In this document: piece after piece, positions 13,501 through 25,862 of the stretch | Numbering within the stretch: position 1 is the stretch's first letter | Layout: each line of letters opens with the position of its first letter | NCBI GenBank assembly: GCA_028534125.1 | Contig: CM052816.1 | Span: forward strand, 5,520,001 to 5,584,000 | Direction of reading: 5' to 3' | DNA: 64,000 nt | DNA from: Lama glama | Lineage: Eukaryota | Made by a program: the position numbers and the translations under genes | The notes under the pieces: model-generated | Told to the model about the DNA's origin: nothing | Databases searched by the model: none | What the model saw: only the letters and a program-made list of their open reading frames with translations

Positions 13501-14917
13501 TGCCTAATGAAGATGCTCAAGACTGCATTCTAGAAGACCCAGGAAGGTCAGTCTCAGCTCACAGGGTGACTTAGAGCAAGCAAATTCTCTCCTTTGGGTT
13601 TTGAATTCCCCGGCTAACTTAATGGAGCAGCTCTAAATTCTCTAATGACCAGGCAGCCCTGGTTCAGTGGACTGCCCCCCATCACTGGAAGTAAACTTGA
13701 GTCATAGCTAGGAATGTCTGTGGCAACAACTTCACAGAGGGGATTCAATTACGGTATGGCGAGATGGGTCCACATGACATTTCTTTCTCCTATGAGAGGC
13801 TGATGCCAGTATGTTTCTTCACTTATTTTCAAATCTAAAAGGCCAACATTTGTGCTCCCTGAAGCTTGATCTTGCCGATTGCAAGGCAGTTCTATCTGCC
13901 TGCTGCAATTTGCTCTGGTAACTCAGCAGGCGGAGGGGAGGAAGCACCCATCCGCTCAGCCTTCCTCCTGAAGATCTTGCTTGGCTGAGCACAGGCCACT
14001 GGGTGGGAGGGCCCTAAGATAATTGCTCAAAATATGTTTGCTGCTGGTGCTCCCATTGTCTCTGCAGGCTCCACATGTCCCTACTCCTAGCAGGGTTCTC
14101 ACTTGGCTGAACGCTGAATGCCCATTAGGGAAGCTTGTCACTTTCTTATTTGTGGGAAGTGTCTGACACAGAAGGGCAGGTACCACTTAAAATGTCAAGG
14201 CAGCAGTGCGGCTGGCAGGTAAATTTCTGCGTAAAAATCCATTTTCTGCTTTGGAGCAAGGAAATTATGTAAGATCCTCTGATGGCAGTCAGACATGAAG
14301 ACTGCCTTCAGCCAGAGAGGAAGAGGTAAACAGTCTCAGGAATCCAGCCAGGTTCTTTCACCAGCTTAAGATTCCAGTGCTGGCTGCCTTCACCTTCATG
14401 TTTCCAGTCTTCATACAAGACACCCCACTGCCCTCCCAAGGCCCCATCCATGTTTGCCACTGATTGACACCTCTTCCATCATTACCTCTCCTCCATCTCT
14501 CCTTCCATGTCCTCTTGGAATAATGTCCTAACTTCTCTTCCTGCCTCTAACTTCCCTGTATGACCATCCATTTGAAGACTATTGAAGGGGAATTCTCAGC
14601 AACAGCTTCCCAGTGTGTGATATTTCCATGGATTCTTGGGTGTTGACAGAAAACGATTAAACAACACCCCTACTGCCCAATCCCCAAGCCTAACACTTAT
14701 CCTATGCTTACAGCATGATTCTAGGAACTACACTACTCACTTCATGCCTTAACTTGTCTTTCACAACAGTTCTATGAGGTACTTAATAATAGCCTCATAT
14801 TACACTGAGTAAACTGAGGCTGAGAGATTAAGTAACCTGCCTATGATCTCCCAATTTTTCAGTGCCTAACCCAGAGTTAAACCAAAGTGGTATGCATTTT
14901 CCCCTCTTTTATTATTA

Positions 14918-15285
14918 CTTTTAATAGATCTTATTTTTAGAGGAGTTTTAGGTTTATAGAAAAATTGAGTGAAAAGCATAGAGCATTTCCATATACTCCA
15001 TTATCTTTGCCCCCTCCCCCAACAGTTCCCCCTAACATTAGCATCTTGCATTAGTGTGGTACATTTGATGCGTCAGTATTGATACCTTGTTATTTACTAC
15101 AGTCCATTGTTTACATTATAGTACACTCTTGGCATCGTGCATTATGTGGGTTTTGACAAATTTATAACAACATGTATCCACCATTCCAGTATCAAACAGG
15201 ATAGTTTCACTGCCCTGAGAATCCCTTGTGCTCCGCCTATTTCTTCCCTAACTCTTGGCAACCACTGATCTTTATACTGTCTCCA
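14918..15285 (-). mobile_element. Ancient L1 (L1MC-like) 3' end
   Basis: Motifs TTTTAGGTTTATAGAAAAATTGAG...CATTAGTGTGGTACATTTG...GGGTTTTGACAAAT...CTTGGCAACCACTGATCTTT. Confidence 0.75.
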
Positions 15286-15804
15286 ACTCCAGACCCAGTT
15301 GCCTCAAAGCCCTCAGGAGTTACTAGCTTCTTCCACTCCCTGGAAGAAAGATGCAGGGCAAGATTCAACAAAGCCAGAACCCCCCATCACCACCGTTGGT
15401 AGCAAGGGGCTTCTTCTACTGATTAGGCCTGGTTCTTACTGGACTTGTGGATGAAAACTCAGTATCTGTTTGCCTGTCTCCACAGACTTGGCAGGTGGCT
15501 GGGGTGGAAAGATGGGACTGGGGATCATCAGCAGAGTCAGAGTATTCAGCTCAGGGAGCAGGTGATGGAATAGCAGCAAAGAGCTATTGAGTCAGGGGCT
15601 CACTCAGGCTTCTGGAGAGGACTTATGCACCTGTCACTTCCCACTGATACAGAAGTAATCCTAGCCAGTCTGACAGAATTTAGGTAAAATTACCAGCCAA
15701 TACAGGCTATGATGGAGTAGCTAATGCTTATTGTACCTGCCTGTGGCAAACATAACTGTAGCATGTCCTTCGGAAAATTGCCACCCCCAACCAAAATGTA
15801 GTGC

Positions 15805-15945
15805 AGCTTTTCTAAATCTTTAATACGCATACGGAATTCCTGGGCACCTTGTTAAATTGCAGATTCTTATTCAGTGGGTCTGAGGTGAGGCCTGATATTC
15901 TGCGTTTCTAACAAGTTCCCAGGTGATGCTGAGAGTAGCAAGGAT
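15805..15945. mobile_element. MER5-type MITE fragment
   Basis: CTTGTTAAATTGCAGATTC...TTCAGTGGGTCTG...GTTTCTAACAAGTTCCCAGGTGATGCTG. Confidence 0.7.
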
Positions 15946-16376
15946 GTAGGAAACAGAAAGTGAATTTATATCGGGCTTATTGCCTGTTTTGCCATTGAGC
16001 TTGCTGCCTAATTTCCTTAAAAGCTCTAATTGTTTCTTATGTCTCAGAAAAATACTTGCACCTGGCTGAGTTCAAGCCTAAGTTCCACCGTTAAATAGGG
16101 ACATTTTCAACCTCAGTGTGGTCAGACGAAGGCACCTGGGATGAATAATAAGGTCAATTATTCAATAACGAATTTAGCCTTTCAATAAATGTCTGCCGGG
16201 CTTCTAGAGTGTGCTGGACACAGTCCTCTTGGGACTTCTGGTTTAGCGGCCAAAGGGACCAAAGCTAAGCAAATAATCAAAGTGATTTCAAGTTGTGATA
16301 AATGCATGGAAGAACATGAACAAAGGACTAAGTCGGAAACTAATGAGAGGGAAGGGAGTATTTTAGAATAAGTGAT

Positions 16377-16847
16377 TGTGTAGGTTTCCTATTGCTGCTG
16401 TAACAAATCAACACAAGCCTAGTGGCCGAAAACAACACAAATGTACTCTCTTAAAGTTAAGGAGCTGAAGCTCAAAACCAGTCTTTTGAGCTAAGGTTGA
16501 GGAGTCTGGGGGCTGCTTTCCTTCTAGAGGTGCTAGGGGGATGTTCCCCTGCCCCTGCCGGCTTCTGGAGGGTTCTTACATACCTTGCTTGTCATCCCTG
16601 CCTAGAATCATGCCAACCTCTGTGCCTATTGTCACATCTCCTCTCTGACTCTGGTCCTCCCATCTCCCTCTCACAGGGACCTCTGTGATTACACTGGGCC
16701 CACCAGGATAACCTCCCCATCTCAAGATCCTTAGTCATACCTGCAAAGTACCTTTGCCATGTAAGGTAACATGGTGACAGGTTTCAGGGATTAGGATGTG
16801 GACATCTTGTGGGGGCTGGAGGATTAGGCATCATTCTGCCTACCACA
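16377..16847 (-). mobile_element. MLT1C/D-like MaLR solo LTR inserted into an L2
   Basis: TGTGTAGGTTTCCTATTGCTGCTGTAACAAAT...CCCCATCTCAAGATCCTT...GGATTAGGATGTGGACATCTT...CTGCCTACCACA, with TG...CA ends and L2-like sequence on both sides. Confidence 0.85.
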
Positions 16848-17989
16848 GGGTCGAGAAGGTCTCTCCCAGGAAACAACATTTAATCTAAAGGCTCACCACA
16901 AGTCAGAAATGAGAAGAGTAGAAGAAACAGCTTTCTCAGCAGAGCAGACCGCAAGGGCAGAGAGCCTGAGGAGAGAGCGTTTTAAGCTCAGGTATGGGAG
17001 AGGGTCCCGGTTTGGTGGGGCACAGGGAGCAGATGAGATGAGGGTGCAGCAGACGCCAGGGGCTGGGCCTATGGGCCCTGGGGGCTATGGTGAGGACTTC
17101 GGATCTTACTCCAAGTGTGATTAGGTGCCGTTGGAAAGCTGAAGGTTGTTACTGATGTGATCTGATTTGTGTCTGAAGGGGCGACCATTTCTCAGCTACA
17201 GCCCTTCCTTGCCGTGGAGAAATGTGCACACAGTCCAGTGGGGCCAGGCCTTCTGACTTCTCAGGGAAAACTAGAGAAACCTGGGTATTTTTAATGTCAA
17301 ACTCTCAATTTTAAATGACTGACAATATATTGGAAAATTAAAAACACATAAACAAGTAAGGTCTGGCCAAGAGCTGCCAGGCCACTATCTCTGAGGAAAT
17401 TCTGCTACCTACTCCCTGCAGGTCCTGGAGCGAATGATGGAAACCTCTGGGCTTCACATTCCTAGTCTGTACAGTGGAGGGAATAACAGTGGCTACTGCG
17501 GAGGAGTGTTGCCTTGACTCAGAAGTCTACTTAGTATGTGCCTGGAAGCATTTGGTGTGTGTGTGTATCCATGTATATATGTTTTTTAACTTGAGGGGAT
17601 TAGATAAAGGCTTGAAGCAGATGACCTTTAACATTGCTTCTGGCTTTGAGATTCTATGACGATTGAAAAAAAAAACTTCATTAATTAGACCATATATCTA
17701 ATAGCAGGAGACCTGTGTCTTCTCTCACCTGGATTTAATTTCCATACCCATCTGGTCAGGAGTGCACGTTTGGTAAGATGACAGCAGGCTCCAGAACGGC
17801 TCTCCTTGATGGCCAAAACTGCTATGCTCAGCAGCGAGGCTCCCGGCTGCTGATTGCACACAATATCCAGGAGTTAGAGCCCCCAAAATCAAGTGGTTAG
17901 AGACCCAGTGTCTGCTCAGTTTTCTCAAGACTTTTGGCATTAACATCTCTTGGGCTCCTGAGAATCCACATGTGGTTCCTTCCTTCTTT

Positions 17990-18477
17990 TTTTTTAATTG
18001 AAATGTAATTGATTTACAATATTGTGTTAGTTTCATGTGGACAGTATAGTGATTCAGTATTTTTTGCAGGTTACATTCCATTATAGTTTATCACAAGATA
18101 ATGGGTATAGCTCCCTATGCTATATAGTATATTCTTATTGCTTATCTACTTTATATATAGTAGTTTGTTTCTGTTAATCTCATATCCCTAACTTGTCCCT
18201 CCCTCCTTTCCTCTTCCCTTTGGTAACCACAAGTTCGTTTTCTATATCTGTGAGTCTGTTTCTGTTTTGCATATATGTTCATCTGTATTATTTTTTAGAT
18301 TCCACATGTAAGTGATTCCATACAGTATTTGTCTTCTCTGTTTGACTTACTTCACTAAGCATAATATTTTCTAGGTCCATCCAGGTCACTACAAGTGGCA
18401 GGATTGCATTCTTTTTTATGGCTGAGTAATATTCCATCACATATATCACATCATCTTGATTCATTATCTTGGGTCAT
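17990..18477 (-). mobile_element. L1 3' end (artiodactyl-type, 5'-truncated)
   Basis: PolyT followed by typical L1 3'UTR/ORF2-end motifs (GGTAACCACAAGTTCGTTTTCTATATCTGTGAGTCTGTTTCTG; TTTTTATGGCTGAGTAATATTCC). 14-bp TSD TTCCTTCCTTCTTT at 17976-17989 and 18478-18491. Confidence 0.88.
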
Positions 18478-20966
18478 TTCCTTCCTTCTTTCTACTCAGG
18501 GGAACAAAATCTGGGGAGGGGATGGGTGAGTGCAGCTTGTTGCCTCTAGGCAGATAACTGTGAAGATTGAAGGCTTCTGCTCAGGAGGGCCTCCCCTCAG
18601 GATCATGCCAGGTATCTCCCCTGCACCAGATGCTCCTCAGAAAAGCAGGGCGGAGTCAGGGCAAGCCTGATCCCAGGCAGAGCTCCGGGGGACATGCTTG
18701 TCACCAGACTCCAGAGGATGTGGCAGGTTTGAATTTTATCAACAAGAGCAACGCTCGCAAATGACGATGACAAAAAAATTGCACAGCTTCTTAGAATATC
18801 ATCCGAGGGATACTTCGGCATACATATACACACTCATGCAAAGACACAGAGAACTTTGATTTCTTTATCAAGCTTCATCGGCGGCTTGGAGTTGGGAAGA
18901 TAAAGAAACAACCCTGATCGCCAAACCTCTCTCTCTAATTGAACATCCCCAACAGGAGGCTGAGTTCATAGTGGAAGGCAGGGAGGACCTCATCCTCTGA
19001 GCCTCAGCTTTCAGTGTCTCTAGGGTGCTCCAGCTGGGCCACTTCAGGGGGACTGTGTGAGGGAACTGCCCAGCTCCATACAGGGCATGGATTCTGACAC
19101 TCCTTGTGCCCTGGGCTGGCACTATTTGCCACAGCCCAGCACTCTCAGCTGTCTGTTAAGGCTCTTTATTTCCAAGCTGCCAGACTGACTCCGGCTAACT
19201 CAGGCCAAAGCAGGCCTAATGAAAGGCTGTGGGGCTGACAGAATCAAAAAAAGCAAAGACAGCTCAGGGATCCAGGGCAGAAGCAAACTCACTCCCTGGG
19301 GAGTCCGTCTGGTGAGTTGCTGCTGTGGTTTTCAGTCTCTGTGTCTTTCTACTCATGGGTTTAAATTCCTGAGAGATTCTGATGGTGTGGATCAGCTCTC
19401 TCCTGGCCAGTATATGTCCAGACTGACAGGCCCACCAGACTGCATGCTATGGGGAAGCAAGTTTCCCCAAAGAAATATTGATGTACTGCTACCGAAAAAA
19501 AAAAAAAATAAGGAAGACAGCAGGCAGGCTGGCAGAGACAGCAGCAGTCTGGCACAAAGGCCCTGCATGAGCCACCTTGCTGGCCTACTTCCTGAGACTC
19601 CCAGCACACGCTGTCCCCTCTTCTTCACCATATTCCCCATTTCTGCCAGTTCGTGTCCTACTCACTCTGGGGTGCTGTTCCTGCCTGTCTCTGCATGTTC
19701 CCCCAGCCCATATCATAGGAGGTGGACTTCTTCCTGGTCTCTGTTGGCTATGCATCAGGGTTTGGGATCAACTGCTTGTGGTTAAGAAATAGGCTTTACT
19801 GGGGAAAGGGAAAGCTTACATAGCTGGCACTTCTCTGCCCCACAGAGAGAAGCCCTTGCCAGGCATACAGTGAGGGTCTGGTTTCCACCAGGAACCCTGT
19901 TCCTCTCCCATTTATAGGGCAAAAGTGAGAAAACAGCCTTGGCCAAGGAACACACGGGCTGCTTGGTGTCATCAATCCAAACGTGGGGTGCCAACCCCTA
20001 ATAGGAATAGTCTAGGATAGGATACCAGCTGCCCAGCACTTGCACTTGAGGTCCATAGAATGTTGGAGTCCTCCCTACCAGATGAAGGAAGCCATCAGTC
20101 CTGTGGAGAGCTGAGTCTGGGTGCAGCCCTCTGGTTGTGCAAATTGGGAGGGATCCTAGTCCTAATTGACTTGTTTCCAGGCAGCCTATGTACCCAACTC
20201 CAAAGCCACGCCTTTCAGAGTTCTTTTACTGGTCCACACTCTTAACCTCTGAACGCCACAAACCAGATAGCTCTCTTTTCTAAACCCTTTGATCAGGCTG
20301 CCTTGAGGATGTGTCCTTTTTTTCCTGTTTCCGTCTTTACTCATCCCTGACCAGGCTTGTTCCCTTGATTCTAGATGTCCACATCCCTGTCTCCTCTACT
20401 ACACTGTCATCTCTTCAAGGGCCTCTCCCATACGTCTCTTATCTTTGCACTTCTGTCCCTAATTGGATGCTTGGCCCAAATAGTCCTTCCATACAAGTAT
20501 AAGATTGACAAATAAATGGTTTCAGCTGCAAGATGGAAAACTACTCAGATATAACATAAAGATGGATCATCCAAAGCAGCTCCCTAGAAACCTCAGGAGG
20601 TGGCATGGATGACAACACTGCCAGGAATGGGGAGAAAATTCATATGACATGGGGTGGGGGGGGTGGAGAGATTTCTTTAACAAATATTCTCTACCACATG
20701 TCAGGCCCTGAGCAAATCCGTGGAATACGGCAGTAAATAAGGCATTTAGGGTCCCCACCCTGATAGAGGCAATTGGATATTATTCCATTTCCTCTAAACC
20801 CTGGGAGTGAATTTTTCTTTGCTTTACTAAATCCTTAATACTTTAAGATAAACTGGGCCCTTCTTAGATCCAGATTTGCTGGTGCGTGGCATTGAATCAG
20901 AGGGAAAATTAAACCAAAACTCCCTTTATTTGTTAAGAATTAAAAAAAAAAAAAGAAAGAAAACTC

Positions 20967-21039
20967 GACACTGGAATTTGACAGAACATTGTAAAATGAT
21001 TATAACTCAATAAAAAATGTTAAAAAAAAAATGAAAAGA
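20967..21039 (+). mobile_element. Very short 5'-truncated young L1 3' end
   Basis: ACACTGGAATTTGACAGAACATTGTAAAATGATTATAACTCAATAAAAAATGTT plus polyA. TSD AAAGAAAACTC at 20956-20966 and 21040-21050. Confidence 0.8.
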
Positions 21040-21744
21040 AAAGAAAACTCTGTCTCCTTTAATCCCCGTATGTTCACATGATCACATGGACATTGAGTCA
21101 AAATTTGCCTTACTCAAGCTTAAGCTATTATGTTATTATGCCAGAGACACAGCAGGGGGTGGTGGCATTGTTTTGACAAACTTGAAAGGCTTCAAAACCC
21201 AAATGGCTTAAATGTAACATGCTATCTCTGTGAGCTGTCACTCAGAAGTTGCTCCAACCATTGATCTGGTGAGAGTGAGGACAGATCAATGGTTGGGTAG
21301 GGAGAAGTCTGGCTTTCAAGTCCATGCCTCTCTTACTCACTAGCTCTGGCCTTGGAGAGGGAAAGGGGATGGAAGGCATTAGGTTATTTTGACAACCTTG
21401 CCTTAATCACAGGGAATAAAGCCTACAGACTGTGAGGCAGAGGACCCTCATTCTTCAGGTTATTATGAGTGAGGAGCCTTATCAGTGAGTTCACGCAACA
21501 CTCCCCTGGTCAGTTCCCCACTCACCTCGCCTTATTTGATCTCTGGGATTAAGGAGCCCCAAAGGAGGGGAAGCGCCTTTTCTTACTTGGGTCACTGACA
21601 CAGAGAGGGAAAAACTGAAGGTTATACAAATATCCAAAACAACTCAGTTGGTTAGTTTAGGAATATGGTTCCGGTGTGACAAAAGCACGTCTAAGACACA
21701 GCTGGGTGGATGGAGACCAAGAACTACAGTTAATGGAATGATCC

Positions 21745-22206
21745 TGTGAAGGAAAAGCCGGGCTGGTCTAACAAGATAACTCACAAGTCTAGGAATGTGA
21801 AGGAGAGGCTGGGCTGGGCTGGCAGGATAACTCACAAATCTAAGTATTGGAATACTGATCTGAATTCTGATGGACTAACTTGTAAATCTAAGTTAATTAA
21901 TTAGTGTTGGTTTGCTGTTCATGTTTTTTGCTAGCCAGCTGGGTTTTCAAAGATACATATCTGGCTTTGGAATGTTGGTTTGCTGCCTCCCCGCCCCCAC
22001 TTTTGTGATGCTGCTAAAGCTGTTCCATGCCTATTGGCCGAATACCCCAAGCTTGTACTTTACCCTATAAAACCTCATGCGCACGTCTTGGAGGTACTCA
22101 GAGCTTCGGAGCAGAAGCCCCTCTGAGCCCGCCGGCGTAATACATCTGAGTACTCCAACCCTCCGAGTGGTGCTTGTTTCTTGACTGGCCTGTCGTTTCC
22201 GTAACA
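21745..22206 (+). mobile_element. ERV solo LTR (ERV1-like, 462 bp)
   Basis: TG...CA termini (TGTGAAGG...GTAACA) with a perfect 4-bp TSD ATCC (21741-21744 and 22207-22210). Contains ATTGG (reverse CCAAT) at 22033, TATAAAA at 22066-22072, an AATACA polyA-like signal at 22139, and many retained CpGs. Confidence 0.85.
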
Positions 22207-23502
22207 ATCCTACTATTTAAAAGCCTAGACTTATTCCTCATGTCTCAGGCCCAGGACCTGCTCCTGTGGGATAGCTTTCTCTGCCTGACTTAGCCAGAAT
22301 TTGGCCCTTCATGTATATACCCAACCCATGCATACTTCCAGAAAAGCACTTGCTGAAGCAGCTGTGGTTGTTTGGAAGCACTGCCCATTGTCTGTTGGTC
22401 TATCTCCTTGAGAACAAAGAGGCCGTCTTATTCGTTTCTGTATCCTCAGCACTTAGTAAGCATTCAGGAAATGTCTCATGAATGAAGGAACAAACACCCA
22501 ATTACATGCACCCCATATAATGGCAGTCGTGAAAGAGCTGGAAAGGGGTGGCTAGTTCTGAGAGTCAGAATGGAGCAGGAAGGCAGAAAAAGGTAAAAAA
22601 GAACAAAGAGAGGATAATAAGAGAGAGGGACAAAGGGAATGCTCCAGGAGGGAGACACCAACTTAGAAGGCAGGAGCCCAGTGACTTTGAGTGGGATTCC
22701 GGGAAAACACTTATCAGACCCTGCCGGCTCCCTGGGGCTGACGGCTGAGAGTGGATTTCTGTTACCACTTCTCTCTGAAGTGCTAATTAGAAGATTAGCC
22801 ATTGTTCAGAGCTCTTTAGCCACTCTTTATCTTCCCCAGTTCCACTCCGAAGGGGACAGCTTCAGGGGAGTTAATTTTCTGTACCGCAGCCTAAAAGTCA
22901 GAATACTACTACAAGAGCTGGATGAAACCAGATTTGACTCCTTGAGCTGGCTCACGGGGGTCTTCTTTGTCTCGCCAGTTGAAAAGCAAGGTTTTTTGCA
23001 TCTACTCTGATCATCCACAGAACTGGATTTTGTTCTCCCTACTCAACCACATCTGTCACACAAAAAAAGAGAAGTAGAGAGAAAGGCAGAGGATAAGAAA
23101 GGGAGTTTGGGGGTCTCCATCTTCCATTTTATTGGGCTCTTACTGTGTGCCAGGCGCCACCCTCAGCAAGTTACAAGCATCGTCCCACTTAATCCTCCCC
23201 TTTGTGGAAGGCACTTTTGTTATTCCCATTTACACATGAGGGAACTGAAGCTGAGCATAAATAACTTGTCCAAGACAGGCTATCTGGTTCCCAGTAGAGC
23301 CCATATTTGAGACCAGGGTGGTCTGACTCTAGAACCCTCCCCCTTCACCATGATATTGCTGACCTCCACCCACCAGGAGGCACACGATCACTGGTGGGGG
23401 TCAAATGATGGTGCTGACGGCGGGAGTGTTGATGATGGAAGGGAAGCTAAGTTGTTATTGCTGAGGAATTACTTTTTGCTTGGTTTTTGTTTTTGATAGG
23501 AA

Positions 23503-23672
23503 TATTTTTTTATTGAACTATAGTCGATTTACTATGTTGTGCTAATTTCTGGTGTACAGCACAGTGATTCGGATATATACACATACACACACACATTCCT
23601 TTTCATATTCTTTTTCATTATAGGCCTTTACAAGGTATTGAACATAGTTCCCTATGTGACACAGTAGGAACT
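23503..23672 (-). mobile_element. L1 3' end fragment (artiodactyl-type)
   Basis: TTTTTATTGAACTATAGTCGATTTAC...TTCTGGTGTACAGC...GAACATAGTTCCCT resembles the start of the 61768 copy. Confidence 0.75.
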
Positions 23673-25862
23673 TCTGAGGGTTTGTTTTGTATGCAATACA
23701 GTACTAAGTGATTTACATACGTTGTCCTATTGCAACCTCCCAACAACCCAGTGAGGCAAGTTTTTTGATTTATTTATTTGTAGATGAGAAACCTGAAGCC
23801 CAGAGAGAGTTAGACTCATCCGAGGTGGCCCAGTGAGTGGTGCGGTGGTGGAGCTCAGAACTGAGACAAAGCCTACCTGGCTCTCAAGATGATGCTAAGG
23901 CTCAGAAGGGTTAAACCAGAGGATTTCTTCACTGACTGGATGTCACACTGATTCACAGAACCTTCCTGGAGAAAGGGATCTTCAGGAATCTTTTATTTCA
24001 CCCCTCTGCCATTGGGTAAGTAAACCAGTATTATCTGCTTCTGATAGTTGCTATGAGATCAGAGTTTTTACGGGGCTCATTCAAGGTTGCACAGCTTGTT
24101 TGACATTATCTCAAGTCCCCCTAAGACCGTTAGGTGATTAAGATTTTTCGGCTCCATCACCCTGTGTTCTCTTGGCCTCTCTCCATTTCATTCCCCTACG
24201 TGGAGCCCAGTGTCCATTTGATGTTCCTGGGGTTCTGGGCCCCTTATTACTCCTGCCTTTGATGCCTTTTTTGAATCACTTTCTCTCGCTAGAATTTATC
24301 TCTCTGTGTTCCTCCTGACCCTGCCAGGTGGCTAAAGTCAATTTGATCAAACTCATTTGCACTAAAGCATTAATGGCTTATTATAGCAATCCTTCTGGGT
24401 AAGTGCTGCATTTTAAAACACCTCATCTAAATCCTGGACCAATGCTGTGCACTGCAGCGTCGTGGCAGGCAGCCTGAGAGTTGTTTCGGTGAGGGTTTTT
24501 TTTTTTTTTTTTTTTTCTGGTTAGGCGAATCACTTGACCTGCAAGTGAAGAAAAGTCTTGCCAGCATTTCCCAGTTCAGAGAGGTCTTTCTTGGCTGAGC
24601 TTCAGTTGCCTTCATCTGCAAAACGGGGATGGGGATTTTTTTTTTTTTTTTTTGCCTGGAAGTAGGGATTTGGGTCTGCCGCTCTCCTGCAGCATTAAGA
24701 TCAGTCTAATTCCAGAAATCTAATCTGGGGAGGCAGAGGCTGTCAGGCAGCCAGCAAAATTAATGAGAAAATTGGAGTAAATACAACGTGTGTCTTGTCG
24801 ACTCGGGCTGGAGAGAAGTGACTTGGTGCCAGTCTGCAGAGTCAGGCTCTCCAGGGTGTGTATATATGGTCTACGTGCCTCTTTGGAAGTGCTGTGTGCT
24901 CTGAGCTAATGAATTCAAAGGCACGGATGAGGGCTTAGAAAAGAATGCCTGTACCTGGATAGCTTCTGGAGAACCTTTCACTTACTTGAATCACATCTTA
25001 GATCTGCCCTCTGTGATCAAATTAATGAGGAGTAGCACACACACAAAGCCCCTTGGTGTTGGATAAAAAGACATCATGCTCAATGGGAATAGCAAGAGGG
25101 AAAAAGCAGTAAGTGATTGAAGAGCTTCTGTGATTCTCTGTCTGGGCATAAGCTTCACAAAGCGGGGGTTCTTCTTTTCTCTGCACTGGGAGATGCGAAT
25201 ATCAGGAAGGAGAGAAAGTTGCCATTTGATTGAGTCCCTTGTAATGGGGAGATTCTTCTATAAAGGATGTACACAGGAGGAGCCGCCATTACCTGACAAC
25301 CCATTTGCTGGAATCGGTCAAATATTTTTATTCCTGGCTCATTCCTTTGAGGGGAAATTTGCTTAGCAGAAAACAGGTACTAGATGGGTGATGGGGAACT
25401 AGTCCCTGGGTCTGTGCTCAGAAAGTGGGAGGAGAGAGTTATGGACAAGTGGGGTTTAGGGGGAGAGTGGCTCAGATTGTCCTAATGACGCTAGAGTTTT
25501 GGGTGATGGGCAAGGTCATGAGTTACCCTTTTAATCTTTATTATAGAGAAACTATAGCATAATGTGAGGGTGCAAATGCAGTCCCACAGGGAGAAAACAA
25601 ATAATATAAATATGTAAATTGGGCTGTGTAGGAACGTTAACAGGCCAAGCCCAAAGACAACCAGTACTGACCCTCCATGTCTGGGGTACAACAGAGAGTG
25701 GTGGGGTCTGTGGTGAGCTGCAGAGCGCTTGGACTGTCACAAGTCAGCCTCTAAAGACTAGTCGAAAGCACACTCTTTTGAATCAGAAAAACTGGGATTA
25801 GGATTCCAGTTCTCCCTCCTATCAGTTTTGTGACCTGGGAAAGTTACTTAACCTCATAAAGT

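Noticed and set aside
19219..19785. 188-aa plus-strand ORF
   Set aside because: It crosses an A-homopolymer and probable degenerate LTR sequence, and resembles no protein family I recognise.
21431..21744. Longer 5' boundary for the solo LTR (TGTGAGG at 21431)
   Set aside because: No matching TSD; the ATCC duplication fixes the start at 21745.
23371..23386. CTCF-like motif CCACCAGGAGGCAC (similar partial matches near 5846, 32727 and 58655)
   Set aside because: Each has a mismatch or spacing error in the core, so none can be supported without PWM scoring or ChIP data.
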